A stretch of 64,000 nt of DNA from Desulfosudaceae bacterium (lineage in GTDB: Bacteria > Desulfobacterota > Desulfobacteria > Desulfobacterales > Desulfosudaceae): the NCBI GenBank assembly GCA_963674745.2, contig CAXXDV010000003.1, positions 448,001-512,000 on the forward strand, read 5' to 3'. The translations under genes and the position numbers were made by a program. Position 1 is the first letter of the stretch, and every line of letters starts with the position of its first letter. Below the pieces are notes generated by a model. The model had not been told where the DNA came from. It saw only the letters and a program-made list of their open reading frames with translations, and did not search any database. Positions 9,145 to 18,693 of the stretch are shown in pieces.

Positions 9145-11292
9145 ATGATTCGCATCAATGACATTCTTGACACCATGCTGAGGTATAACCCGGACGGTGA
9201 TACCAGCCTGGTGGAAAGAGCTTATATTTATTCCGCAAGGGTCCATGAAGGACAGGTGCGTCTTTCCGGGGAACCCTACCTTTCTCACCCGCTTGAGGTG
9301 GCCGGTATTCTGGCTGATATGAAGCTCGACAGTGTCTGTATATCGGCCGGGCTGCTGCACGATGTCCTGGAAGATACCAGCGCCACAGAAGACGACCTCG
9401 GTGAACTGTTCGGAGAGGAAGTCCTTAAAATCGTGAAGGGGCTGACCAAGCTGAGTGCGTTGCCCTATAACAGCGCTCAGGCGCGGCAGGCGGACAGTAT
9501 CCGAAAGATGATACTGGCAATGGCTGATGATATCCGGGTTATCCTGATCAAACTTGTTGACCGGCTTCATAACATGCGGACCCTGGACTTTCAGAAAGAA
9601 CATAAAAAACAGCGTATTGCCAGAGAAACAATGGATATTTACGCGCCCATAGCCGCCCGCCTGGGTATTTACTGGATCAAAAGCGAACTGGAGGAAATCG
9701 GTTTCAAAACCCTCAACCCCGAAGAGTATGCCGCGATCAGCGGCAAAGTCAGTAATGATAAAAATGAAAGGGATGTATACATTGAAAGCGTTCGGGAATA
9801 TCTTATTGAAAAGCTGGCGGAAAACGGGTTAAAGGGTGATGTCGCCGGCCGGCATAAGCAGATATACAGTATTTATCACAAAATGATGACCCAGGAACTG
9901 CCCTTTGATGAGATTTACGATATTATTGCCTTCCGGATCATTTTAGACACCGTTCAGGAATGTTATGAGGCGCTGGGTATTGTCCATTCCCTGTGGCGAC
10001 CCATTGCCAAGAAGTTCAAGGATTATATCGCACTGCCCAAACCCAACATGTACCAGTCACTGCATACCACCGTATTCGGCCCTTTTGGGGAGCGTGTGGA
10101 AATTCAGATCCGCACCAGAGAAATGGATCATGTAGCTACCGCCGGCATCGCCGCTCACTGGAGTTACAAAGAGGGCAGGGCGGTTACGGGAAAAGGCGGC
10201 AATCCCTATGCCTGGATTCAGAATCTTGTTGATTCTCAAAAAGACATTGATACCCCGGGCGAATTTCTGGAAGATGTCCGGTTAAATCTTTTTTCAGATG
10301 AAGTTCATGTGTTTACACCCGGAGGGGAGATCCGGTCGTTGATCAAGGGGGCGACGCCGGTGGACTTTGCTTACCTGATCCACACTGAAGTCGGACACCA
10401 GTGTGTGGGAGCCAAGGTTAACGGACGCATGGTTCAGCTCTCCCATGCATTGAAAACAGGGGATATTGTTGAAATCCTGACTTCCTCAAAAAGTAAACCC
10501 AGCAGGGACTGGCTTAATTTTGTCAAAACGCCCAAGGCCCGGTCGCGGATCAAACGCTGGATAAAGGCACAGGAGCGGGATCGGAGTATCCATCTGGGTC
10601 GTGAGATGTGCGAGAAAACATTTCACAAATACAGGCTCAATTTTAATGAAATTTCCAATTCTCCTGAAATGACGGAAGTGGTTGCGCATTTCGGTTTCAA
10701 GACTGTAGACGACATGATCGAACACATCGGTTATGGAAAAATCACCCCCAAACAGGTGGTGCAGAAGTTTTTTCCAAAAATAAAAACCGAGACCGCACGG
10801 GAAGAATCGCTGTTGAACCGGCTTTTCGGCCGCATGATGAAGAAAAAACCGGTGGACGGTGTTATTGTTCATGGGGTAGATGACATGCTGGTCAGGTTTG
10901 CCAAGTGTTGCCAGCCCGTTCCCGGAGAACCCATTGCGGGATATATCACCCGTGGGGCCGGTGTTGCGGTTCACCGTGCGGATTGTGCCAATGTCGTCAA
11001 TGCGTCGACCGAGCGCCGGATTGACGTGGAGTGGGCGGATAAAACACCTTCTAAATACCCGGCCCGAATCCGTATCCGGTCTTATGACCGGCTCGGTCTT
11101 CTGGCGGAAATCACATCCCTGGTCAGCCAGCAGGGGGCCAATATTCTGGCCGTTAACACAGAAACCAATGATGACAAAACAGTTGAACTCTTTTTTACGC
11201 TGTCAGTGGACGATGCACAGCAGTTGGATAATATCGTTGCCGTGATAAAAAAAATAAAGTCTGTTTACAGCGCTAAGCGGGTGACCAGCTGA
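9145..11292 (+). CDS. rel: Bifunctional (p)ppGpp synthetase/hydrolase
   Basis: Intact HD motif (LLHDVLED); synthetase KPNMYQSLHT and EIQIRT; TGS, CC and ACT domains. Confidence 0.95.
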   Translation: MIRINDILDTMLRYNPDGDTSLVERAYIYSARVHEGQVRLSGEPYLSHPLEVAGILADMKLDSVCISAGLLHDVLEDTSATEDDLGELFGEEVLKIVKGLTKLSALPYNSAQARQADSIRKMILAMADDIRVILIKLVDRLHNMRTLDFQKEHKKQRIARETMDIYAPIAARLGIYWIKSELEEIGFKTLNPEEYAAISGKVSNDKNERDVYIESVREYLIEKLAENGLKGDVAGRHKQIYSIYHKMMTQELPFDEIYDIIAFRIILDTVQECYEALGIVHSLWRPIAKKFKDYIALPKPNMYQSLHTTVFGPFGERVEIQIRTREMDHVATAGIAAHWSYKEGRAVTGKGGNPYAWIQNLVDSQKDIDTPGEFLEDVRLNLFSDEVHVFTPGGEIRSLIKGATPVDFAYLIHTEVGHQCVGAKVNGRMVQLSHALKTGDIVEILTSSKSKPSRDWLNFVKTPKARSRIKRWIKAQERDRSIHLGREMCEKTFHKYRLNFNEISNSPEMTEVVAHFGFKTVDDMIEHIGYGKITPKQVVQKFFPKIKTETAREESLLNRLFGRMMKKKPVDGVIVHGVDDMLVRFAKCCQPVPGEPIAGYITRGAGVAVHRADCANVVNASTERRIDVEWADKTPSKYPARIRIRSYDRLGLLAEITSLVSQQGANILAVNTETNDDKTVELFFTLSVDDAQQLDNIVAVIKKIKSVYSAKRVTS

Positions 11293-11343
11293 AAAGATCA
11301 GGGCTTAAAAAGACGGTAAAAAAAACATCTTTTTGAGGTGCCC

Positions 11344-11535
11344 TTATGATTTCTTGACGACACGCCCTGACTTGATGCATTGCGTACAGACGGTGAGTTT
11401 CTGGGTCCGACCGTTGAGCACCGCACGAACTTTCTGGAGATTCGGCAGAAAACGGCGTTTGGTAAGGTTATGTGCGTGGCTGACATTGTTGCCCACCATG
11501 GGTTTTTTACCACATATATCGCATTGTCTTGACAT
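11344..11535 (-). CDS. rpmB: 50S ribosomal protein L28
   Basis: [34 protein letters not shown]. Confidence 0.97.
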   Translation of the reverse strand: MSRQCDICGKKPMVGNNVSHAHNLTKRRFLPNLQKVRAVLNGRTQKLTVCTQCIKSGRVVKKS

Positions 11536-11578
11536 TTTTCATCGTCCTTTCAATATTTCAAAAATAATCGAATTTGTC

Positions 11579-11607
11579 TTTATACAGTCTTTAATTGCCA
11601 TAGTAAA
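11579..11607 (-). promoter_or_regulatory. Putative sigma70 promoter of rpmB
   Basis: TTTACT-17 nt-TATAAA on the minus strand upstream of rpmB. Confidence 0.35.
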
Positions 11608-11632
11608 GCGTTTTTTTGCGGCCGTATATTTA

Positions 11633-12334
11633 TTAATATTCTTCTTCATTCTTTACTTCGTCTGTTTTAATATTTTCCGCCGCTTCTTCCGCTTTAATTT
11701 TATCCTGGCAGAGTTCGATATATTGCCTTGCGGCGTCCACATCTCCCACATTCGGGAACCTGGTGACGACGTTATTAAAACGGTTTAACGCGGCCCGGTA
11801 GTGTTTTGATTTAAAATAAAATTCAGCTACATAAAACTCATGGGCAGCCAGGCTCCGGCGACATTTGTCAATTGGCTCTACCGCCTTTTGGGCATATTCA
11901 TGGCCCGGAAACTGTCGGCTCAGCCTGTAAAAAGCGTCAAGCGCCTGTCTGGCCGGTGCCTGATCTCTGTCGATGGTGTCCAAACGGTTGTAGTGGCAGA
12001 GTCCGATGCGGTAAATAACAAAAGGGATGGCTTCATTCCGGGGATGCATTCGTTCAAACTCTTCGTAAGCGATGACCGCCTCTTCATAATTTTTCATTTC
12101 AAAATAGCAGTCGGCTATTTTCAGATCAGCCAAAAGTGCATGCTTGCTGAACGGGTACCAGTCCCGTAATTTTTTAAAAGCCTCGATGGATTGATGAAAG
12201 TGCCTGGTTTCAAAGGCCTGCATACCTTCATCAGCAAGTTGCTCGGCTGTTTTTTCCTCTTTGACGTTTTTAGCGCACCCGACTGCCAGAAAAATTGCCA
12301 GCAGGCAGATAATAAAAAGTGATTGTCTTTTCAT
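11633..12334 (-). CDS. bamD: Outer membrane assembly lipoprotein BamD
   Basis: Lipobox LAVGC; TPRs; YPFS, DRDQ, LAAHEFYVAEFY, AALNRF. Confidence 0.9.
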   Translation of the reverse strand: MKRQSLFIICLLAIFLAVGCAKNVKEEKTAEQLADEGMQAFETRHFHQSIEAFKKLRDWYPFSKHALLADLKIADCYFEMKNYEEAVIAYEEFERMHPRNEAIPFVIYRIGLCHYNRLDTIDRDQAPARQALDAFYRLSRQFPGHEYAQKAVEPIDKCRRSLAAHEFYVAEFYFKSKHYRAALNRFNNVVTRFPNVGDVDAARQYIELCQDKIKAEEAAENIKTDEVKNEEEY

Positions 12335-12460
12335 TAGTGTATCTTAATTTTGTTTTTGGAAACGATAGCGTTGTGTCGGAAATAGCCTGTTTTTCAATAA
12401 CCGTAAATTTTTATTGTGCTTCTTCCTTATGTAATTGCGTGAATGTTGTCAATATCAAAG

Positions 12461-12615
12461 TTGATGGCTTCGTAAAAAGTCCAGTTTCCGCGTTGTGCTT
12501 CAGCCTTCGGAATTTAACGTACTATTGTGTACACCGGGTTTCTCATGGTTTGTGTGCCTTGAACTTAAACGTTTTACTTTGCCGTACAAATTTCGACTTT
12601 TTACGAGTACTTCAA
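12461..12615. mobile_element. MITE-like element with terminal inverted repeats
   Basis: ttgatggcttcgtaaaaagtc (12461-12481) and gactttttacgagtacttcaa (12595-12615) match 17/21 as inverted repeats; tcaaagttgatg at both junctions. Confidence 0.65.
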
Positions 12616-12639
12616 AGTTGATGATGCCATCTTTTCCAA

Positions 12640-13905
12640 TCAGGTGTTTGCCGGCGGGTTCTTGTCCGGCTTTTCCGGTTCGAGCGTCCCCGTGTTGGTT
12701 ACAATAAAAGAAACAATCCGGTTGGACTTCATGTCTTTTACCGTAATTTTAAAAGGTTCAAGAATAATGGTTTCGCCCGGTTCAGGGATGCGCCCGATTT
12801 TCCAGAGGACATACCCGGAAAAGGTGTCATATTCCTTGGAGGCAGGGATGTGCATGGGGATCTTTTCATTGACTTCTTCAATATCTGATTTGCCCAGTAC
12901 AAGCCATTGGGACTTGTTGATTTTAACGAAATGCGGCTCATATTTGTCCGTTTCGTCAACGATGTCACCTACAAGCTCTTCCAGTACATCTTCCAGTGTG
13001 ATCAGGCCGGCCACATCGCCATGTTCATTGATGATGATGGCCATGTGATTTTTTCTGTTTTTGAACTGCCTTAACAAGCCGTTTAATTTTTTTGACTCCG
13101 GTATAAAGTAGGGCTTGGACATGTATTTGCGGATATTGATCGATTCTCCGGAGCTGGCATATTGCCTGAAAATATCTTTTATATTGATGATACCGATTAT
13201 ATTGCGCAGGTTGTTTTCATAAACCGGAATACGGGTATACCCGGACTTGATGATGTTGGACAGCGGCAGGGGCTTATCCACATCAAGGGCGTACATGTCA
13301 GTGGCCGGTGTCATTATCTCCGATGCACTGGTGTCATCCAGTTTGAAAATGTTATGGATGAATTCTTTCTCTTCCCCATTGATCTCGCCTTCTTCTTCGG
13401 TCACTTCGACAATGGTTTTTAATTCCTCTTCGGTGATGACCGGGGCCGATTTAATCTTTCCGGTAATCCGGGGGATAAAATTCAGCATGATGATAAACGG
13501 AAAGAAGAGCAGTGACAGCCAGTAAAGCGGATAAATCACGATCCGGGCGACCATGATGTTGTTTTTGGCGGCAACCGATTTGGGGATGATCTCACCAAAC
13601 ACCAGGATAAAAAAGGTCATGATGCCGGTTGCGATGCTGACGGCATTATTGGAAAAAATATCAAAGGCAATAGCCGTGGCCAGGGCGGAGGCCCAGATAT
13701 TAACCAGATTGTTGCCGATAAGGATGGTAGACAGCAGGTGATGGGGGTTATCCTTCATCCTTTTGATCAACAGATCAAACCGGCTTTTCTTTTTGGCCAG
13801 ATGCTTGGCCTTGGATCTGCTGATGGAGAAAAGCGCTGTTTCAGATGAGGAAAAGAATCCTGACAGCAGCAGCAATACGATCAGAGCACCGACTTGTAAG
13901 GTCAT
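12640..13905 (-). CDS. CNNM/HlyC/CorC family protein (DUF21 + CBS + CorC)
   Basis: SGFFSSSETALFS, ILIGNNLVN, FGEIIPK, YTRIPVY, GLITLEDVLEELVGDI. Confidence 0.92.
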   Translation of the reverse strand: MTLQVGALIVLLLLSGFFSSSETALFSISRSKAKHLAKKKSRFDLLIKRMKDNPHHLLSTILIGNNLVNIWASALATAIAFDIFSNNAVSIATGIMTFFILVFGEIIPKSVAAKNNIMVARIVIYPLYWLSLLFFPFIIMLNFIPRITGKIKSAPVITEEELKTIVEVTEEEGEINGEEKEFIHNIFKLDDTSASEIMTPATDMYALDVDKPLPLSNIIKSGYTRIPVYENNLRNIIGIINIKDIFRQYASSGESINIRKYMSKPYFIPESKKLNGLLRQFKNRKNHMAIIINEHGDVAGLITLEDVLEELVGDIVDETDKYEPHFVKINKSQWLVLGKSDIEEVNEKIPMHIPASKEYDTFSGYVLWKIGRIPEPGETIILEPFKITVKDMKSNRIVSFIVTNTGTLEPEKPDKNPPANT

Positions 13906-13993
13906 GACCTTTTGTCCCTGGATGATAACAGGGGCGGAGGCTTAGATTTTTCCCTGTTTCGATAAAGATGTCTCATTTATTTTTCGAGAGATT

Positions 13994-14191
13994 TTATTTT
14001 TTACAGGTATTAATCCCCAGCGGGACATACAGCGGGCAATAACCGGTGGCGGCGGACATAAAAAAAGAACCGCTGAAAACCAGCAACAGCGCCCAATAGC
14101 CTTGAAGATAACCAAGGAAGAAGAGAACAATAATCGTTATTGCAATGGCCAATCTGAATATTCGGTCTATGATTCCTTCATTCACCTGCAT
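13994..14191 (-). CDS. DUF2892 (YgaP-like) small membrane protein
   Basis: NEGxxDRxxR..GYCPLYVPLGINTC. Confidence 0.85.
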   Translation of the reverse strand: MQVNEGIIDRIFRLAIAITIIVLFFLGYLQGYWALLLVFSGSFFMSAATGYCPLYVPLGINTCKK

Positions 14192-14346
14192 GTGTCCCTC
14201 CTCAAGGGGCAGACAGTGTTCAGCCTGGCTGCCCGGGTCCTGTTTTGTGTTTATTTTTCATATATAAAGTCAATATGGGGAATAATCAAGAAAAATTGAG
14301 TTTGACCGGCACCTGATGCTGGTGGTGCCTTATCGCTGTTGAATGA

Positions 14347-14832
14347 TTAAAGCAGCGCTTTGACGAAAAAAAACAGGATCATCAGGCAGTAAGCGAATTT
14401 TATGACAATGCCTGCCAGGTTGCCGACAAAGATACCCCAACCCACGCGAATAGCGTCTTCGGTTTTTTTCCCGGCAAACAGCTCACAAATAACGCCTCCC
14501 ATCAGCGCGCCGATAAAAATACCCAGCGGTGGAAAGAAAAAAACACCGATGATCATGCCGGCCACAGACCCCCACAGGCCGGCTCTGGACGCACCGTATT
14601 TCTTGGCGCCGGCCATGGAAACCAGATAATCAAGAAGGATTGACAACAGTAAGGCGACGGTTCCCATGATCAGAAGAAAGATCAGGGAGAATGACTGCCC
14701 GCCTTTGGCCAGATCGATAAAAATCAGGGACAGATAGGCAACCACCGGGCCGGGGATGACCGGCAGAAAACAGCCGGCGATACCGATCAGAATAGATAAA
14801 AAACCGATGATGATCAGGAAAACGGTTACCAC
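14347..14832 (-). CDS. DUF456 family membrane protein
   Basis: GCFLPVIPGP, AGAKKYGASRAG, GGVICEL; GTG start at 14832 after GAAAGG (the longer track ORF overlaps the next gene). Confidence 0.85.
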   Translation of the reverse strand: MVTVFLIIIGFLSILIGIAGCFLPVIPGPVVAYLSLIFIDLAKGGQSFSLIFLLIMGTVALLLSILLDYLVSMAGAKKYGASRAGLWGSVAGMIIGVFFFPPLGIFIGALMGGVICELFAGKKTEDAIRVGWGIFVGNLAGIVIKFAYCLMILFFFVKALL

Positions 14833-14878
14833 AATGGCCTTTCGTCGGATAAACCGGATACGGCCGCCGGTGATCTGT

Positions 14879-15850
14879 TTATTCGACGGTCGTATTAATG
14901 GCGTTTTTGGCCGTTTCTGCTTCAGCCATAATTCTTTCGAATAATTCTTTGACCGTCGGGATATCATGAACCAGTCCCACACCCTGGCCGCAGTACAGTA
15001 CCCCCATATCGATATCACCTTCAGCATACATCTGTCTGGCCTTGTCGCCTGCTACCATGCTGAACGTTTCCTCAAACAGACTGTCGTCTTTTGCCATTTC
15101 GTCGCATTTCTGGGCGGCGGAATTGGCCCAGACCCGGAAAGACAAACCAATGGATTTTAAGATCAGCATGGTATCCAGTTCACTGGCCGAGACAAGGGCC
15201 TGCTTCAGATTGTCGTGAATAGGGCATTCCCGTGTGGCCAGCATCCGGGTGCCCATGATGACCCCCGCGGCACCCAGGGCCAGGACTGCCAGGGCGCTTC
15301 GACCGTCGGACACGCCGCCGCCGGCGATAACCGGAACGTTCAGACTGTCGACCACGGCCGGGACAAGAACCAGGGTGCCGATATCGCCGCTCCCGGTGGT
15401 GCCGCCGTTTTCATACCCCACCACGGCAATGATATCCGCTCCGAAGTCGGCCGCTTTTTGGGCGTAACGAACGCCGGCGCATTTATGGATCCAGGTGATA
15501 TTGTTTTTCTTAAAACGGTCCCGCATCGGTTCGGACGGTAAATTTCCGGAGGTCTCCACAATGGTCACGTTTTTTTCAGTGATGACATCTATATAGATGT
15601 CCTTGTCCATGGTGGTTATGGCCGGTGAGAGATTGAGGTTCACGGCAAAGGGGTTTTTCGTGGTTTTCCGGATGTCGTCAATGGCTGTGGAAAAGGCCTC
15701 TTTTGATGTATACATGGTTGAGTCCAGTATGCCCAGCCCACCGGCTTCGGCAACAGCGGCGACAAAAACCGCATTGGTAATGGACATCATGGTCCCCGCA
15801 ACCAGCGGGTACCGTATCCCCAACATTTCCGTGGCCCTGGTCTTAATCAT
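14879..15850 (-). CDS. Nitronate monooxygenase / FabK-like flavoprotein, paralogue 1
   Basis: LGIRYPLVAG, AGGLG, PVIAGGG, MGTRM, CGQGVGLV. Confidence 0.85.
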   Translation of the reverse strand: MIKTRATEMLGIRYPLVAGTMMSITNAVFVAAVAEAGGLGILDSTMYTSKEAFSTAIDDIRKTTKNPFAVNLNLSPAITTMDKDIYIDVITEKNVTIVETSGNLPSEPMRDRFKKNNITWIHKCAGVRYAQKAADFGADIIAVVGYENGGTTGSGDIGTLVLVPAVVDSLNVPVIAGGGVSDGRSALAVLALGAAGVIMGTRMLATRECPIHDNLKQALVSASELDTMLILKSIGLSFRVWANSAAQKCDEMAKDDSLFEETFSMVAGDKARQMYAEGDIDMGVLYCGQGVGLVHDIPTVKELFERIMAEAETAKNAINTTVE

Positions 15851-16072
15851 TTATCCCCCCCCGATTTTACGAACGGTTCAGTCGGTTGTCCGGCAAACGT
15901 CTTTATCTTTGCTGTAATCCGTGTGAATTCGTTTGTAACCGCTTTATTTCATAATTGAATCATTATGTAAATAAAAAAGAACGGTGTTTCACCTACGCCC
16001 TTATTTGACCGGATACATCGCGCGTCGATTCGGACTTGATTTTTTGGCCCTCGGACCTTGTCGTATTTTTAA

Positions 16073-16243
16073 TGTAGGGGCAACCCCCTGTGGTTGCCCT
16101 TCACCGGGCAGGCACGGGGGGCCTGCCCCTACATTATTCATGAACGCCCCAGTGATTTCATGGAGGCCCTCCCCGGCCCGTAGGGGCAACCCCCTGTGGT
16201 TGCCCTTCCGCATCCGGGCGGGTCACAGGGGGCCGCCCCTACA
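16073..16243. repeat. Two tandem GTAG-REP doublets (REPINs)
   Basis: tgtaggggcaaccccctgtggttgccct...gcccctaca at 16073-16133 and again at 16180-16243. Confidence 0.85.
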
Positions 16244-16274
16244 ATGTTCGCGAGTGGCCTGAAACACAATAATT

Positions 16275-17246
16275 TTAACCGGCGGTCGCTCCGATGGCGT
16301 TTCTGGCAGATTCTGTTTCCGCCATGATCCGGTCAAACAGTTCCTTGACCGTGGGGATATCGTGAACCAGCCCGATTCCCTGACCGCAGGAAATGACACC
16401 GACGTCCGTATTGCCGCCGGCATACATCTCTCTGGCTTTATCGCCGGCTACGACACTCAAAACCTCCTCAAAACTGCCCCCGTTTTTTTCGATTTCGGCA
16501 CATTTCCGGGAGGCGGCATTGGTCCAGACCCGATGGGTGGCGCCAATGGAGCGCATGATCAGCATGGTATCCAACTCGCTGGCCGAGAGCAGGGCGTTTT
16601 TCAGATTGTCATGGATAGGGCATTCTTTTGTGGGCATCAAACGTGTGCCCATGATCACCCCTTCGGCGCCCAATGCCAGAACTGCGGCCACACCACGGCC
16701 GTCGGATATGCCGCCCCCGCCGATAACCGGAACATCAACAGCGTCAACCACCGCCGGCACCAGCACCATGGTCCCGATATCCAGTTTCCCGGTGGCCCCG
16801 CCGTTTTCATAACCGACAACGGTAATGATGTCCGCACCAAGACCGACGGCTTTCTTAGCGTAACGGATGCCGACGCATTTGTGTATCCATGTCATGCCGG
16901 CCTTTTTGAACCGGCCGCAAAGATCCTCCGGTGCCGAATGCCCGGATGTTTCAACAATAGGGACCCCTTTTTCGATCATGATATCAACGTAAATATTGTT
17001 GTCGATGGCCGTCATGGCCGGAAACAGGTTGATATTGACCGCAAAGGGCTTGTCCGTGGCCTGTTGAATATGGTCAATGGCTGCTGAAAAGTCTTCTCCA
17101 GTTTTGTAGATGGCCGAAGCCAGGACACCCAGTCCACCGGCATTGGCGATGGCGGCCACAAATTCGGCCGTGGAAATGGACATCATGGTGCCGCCCACCA
17201 GCGGGTATTCGATTCCCAGCATTTTCGTCATTTTGGTTTTAATCAT
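16275..17246 (-). CDS. Nitronate monooxygenase / FabK-like flavoprotein, paralogue 2
   Basis: Colinear with 14879-15850; ATG 17246 preceded by AAGGAG. Confidence 0.85.
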   Translation of the reverse strand: MIKTKMTKMLGIEYPLVGGTMMSISTAEFVAAIANAGGLGVLASAIYKTGEDFSAAIDHIQQATDKPFAVNINLFPAMTAIDNNIYVDIMIEKGVPIVETSGHSAPEDLCGRFKKAGMTWIHKCVGIRYAKKAVGLGADIITVVGYENGGATGKLDIGTMVLVPAVVDAVDVPVIGGGGISDGRGVAAVLALGAEGVIMGTRLMPTKECPIHDNLKNALLSASELDTMLIMRSIGATHRVWTNAASRKCAEIEKNGGSFEEVLSVVAGDKAREMYAGGNTDVGVISCGQGIGLVHDIPTVKELFDRIMAETESARNAIGATAG

Positions 17247-17403
17247 GTGAGTCTCCTTAATGTATTTATATGATTTGATATTATTGATTCGTAGCCTGGA
17301 GGATGGTTTGTTCCGTCTCCGTTTGTTATAGCCGGTTATCTTGACACTGATAATCATTTTATTTCATACTCAGGAAGTTTTGCAAACTTAAAAGGGGGGT
17401 TCC

Positions 17404-17952
17404 ATGCATCTTTCCAAAGCCGGGACATGGCTGCGTCAAAAATGCGGCAGCCGGCGTGTGGCTGTTTTTTCCGGGCTGGTGTTTGTTGTATCCCAGGCGA
17501 CGATCGCATATACCATTCGTGATCTGCCGCCGGAGAAGCTGCTTGCACTTCAGACCACGTTTTCCAAAGTTAAATTTCTGTCTATCATCGGAACCTGGAA
17601 ACTGACCGGTGTTCTGCCGCAATTCAAGGCCCATTTTTACTTCGATTTTTTCCATCCCATCTGGTATGGCATTTTTCTGGCCGCTTTAATGGCATTGTTA
17701 TTTAATGCCAATGCCGTATCAAAGCGGTTTGACGGGCTGTTATTGATCCCGGTCTTTGCGGCCCTTCTGGATCTGGTGGAGAACGTCGTTGATGTCTCGC
17801 TGATGCTCGACATCAGGCGGGTGACTGATACCACCGTTTTTATCGGGGCCCTGGCGGCGAATTTGAAGTGGGCGCTGGCAGGGGCCGGGGTGCTGATTGT
17901 GGTTGTTCTGACGATCAGGTTGGTGGTCGGCCGTATGAAGGGAAAGGCGTGA
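17404..17952 (+). CDS. Hypothetical membrane protein (about 4 TM)
   Basis: Hydrophobic segments; GGGG-rich RBS; fills the gap between neighbours. Confidence 0.65.
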   Translation: MHLSKAGTWLRQKCGSRRVAVFSGLVFVVSQATIAYTIRDLPPEKLLALQTTFSKVKFLSIIGTWKLTGVLPQFKAHFYFDFFHPIWYGIFLAALMALLFNANAVSKRFDGLLLIPVFAALLDLVENVVDVSLMLDIRRVTDTTVFIGALAANLKWALAGAGVLIVVVLTIRLVVGRMKGKA

Positions 17953-18008
17953 ATCAGCAGCGGTCGAGGGGAGCGATAGGAGCAATAATACAATTGGGTG
18001 CCACGGGC

Positions 18009-18037
18009 GTAGGGGCGACCGGCGGGTCGCCCCTACT
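18009..18037. repeat. GTAG-family REP
   Basis: gtaggggcgaccggcgggtcgcccctac palindrome; related copies near 32817 and 40737. Confidence 0.8.
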
Positions 18038-18055
18038 AACTGAAAGGAGGATTAA

Positions 18056-18526
18056 ATGATAGAGGTAACCATACCCGGTTATAAGACGTTGTGGTTGAAT
18101 CATCTGGTGATGGACTATAACGGGACCATGGCCTGTGACGGGCGGCTGATCGACGGGGTTCGGGAAAAGCTGGACGTGCTTTGCCGTCAGATGGAAATTC
18201 ACGTGTTGACGGCCGACACTTTCGGAAAGGCCCGGGCCGAACTGACCGGCGTTCCCGCGGTGCTGTCCATCCTGCCCGAGGGCGATCAGGACCAGGGAAA
18301 GCTTCAATATATCAAGGGGCTGGGGGAGGAGCCGGTGGTGGCCGTGGGCAACGGCCGAAACGATAAACTCATGCTCGAGGCCGCCGAACTGGGGATTGCC
18401 TTGATCCAGGAAGAGGGCGCCTGTGTGGAAACCGTGATGGCCGCGGATATGGTCTGCCCGGATATTATTTCCGCCCTGACCCTGCTGACCAATACCGGGC
18501 GACTGGTAGCCGGTTTACGTCGCTGA
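18056..18526 (+). CDS. HAD-family soluble P-type-ATPase-like phosphatase
   Basis: DYNGT, LTADTFG, VGNGRND; GGGAGG RBS. Confidence 0.85.
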   Translation: MIEVTIPGYKTLWLNHLVMDYNGTMACDGRLIDGVREKLDVLCRQMEIHVLTADTFGKARAELTGVPAVLSILPEGDQDQGKLQYIKGLGEEPVVAVGNGRNDKLMLEAAELGIALIQEEGACVETVMAADMVCPDIISALTLLTNTGRLVAGLRR

Positions 18527-18568
18527 CCATCAACCGTTTGGGCGGATCTGTTGTATTGCAGACTGTCT

Positions 18569-18640
18569 GTTCATGAATATTGTAGGGGCAGGCCCCCGTG
18601 CCTGCCCGGTGAAGGGCAACCACAGGGGGTTGCCCCTACG
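18569..18640. repeat. GTAG-REP doublet
   Basis: Near-exact reverse complement of 16074-16145. Confidence 0.85.
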
Positions 18641-18693
18641 GGCCGAAGGGGCTCGAGTCCAAATCAACGCGTAAAATTTTCATGCCCAACCGT

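Noticed and set aside
11333..11788. 151-aa plus-strand ORF
   Set aside because: Antisense to rpmB and bamD
14833..15027. N-terminal extension of the DUF456 ORF
   Set aside because: Overlaps the upstream flavoprotein gene; a GTG with an RBS at 14832 fits better
15984..16423. Short ORFs across REP clusters (also 32542-32879, 37798-38117, 40437-40939)
   Set aside because: They are translations of palindromic repeats (VGARRAVP, GATPCGCP) with no independent coding evidence
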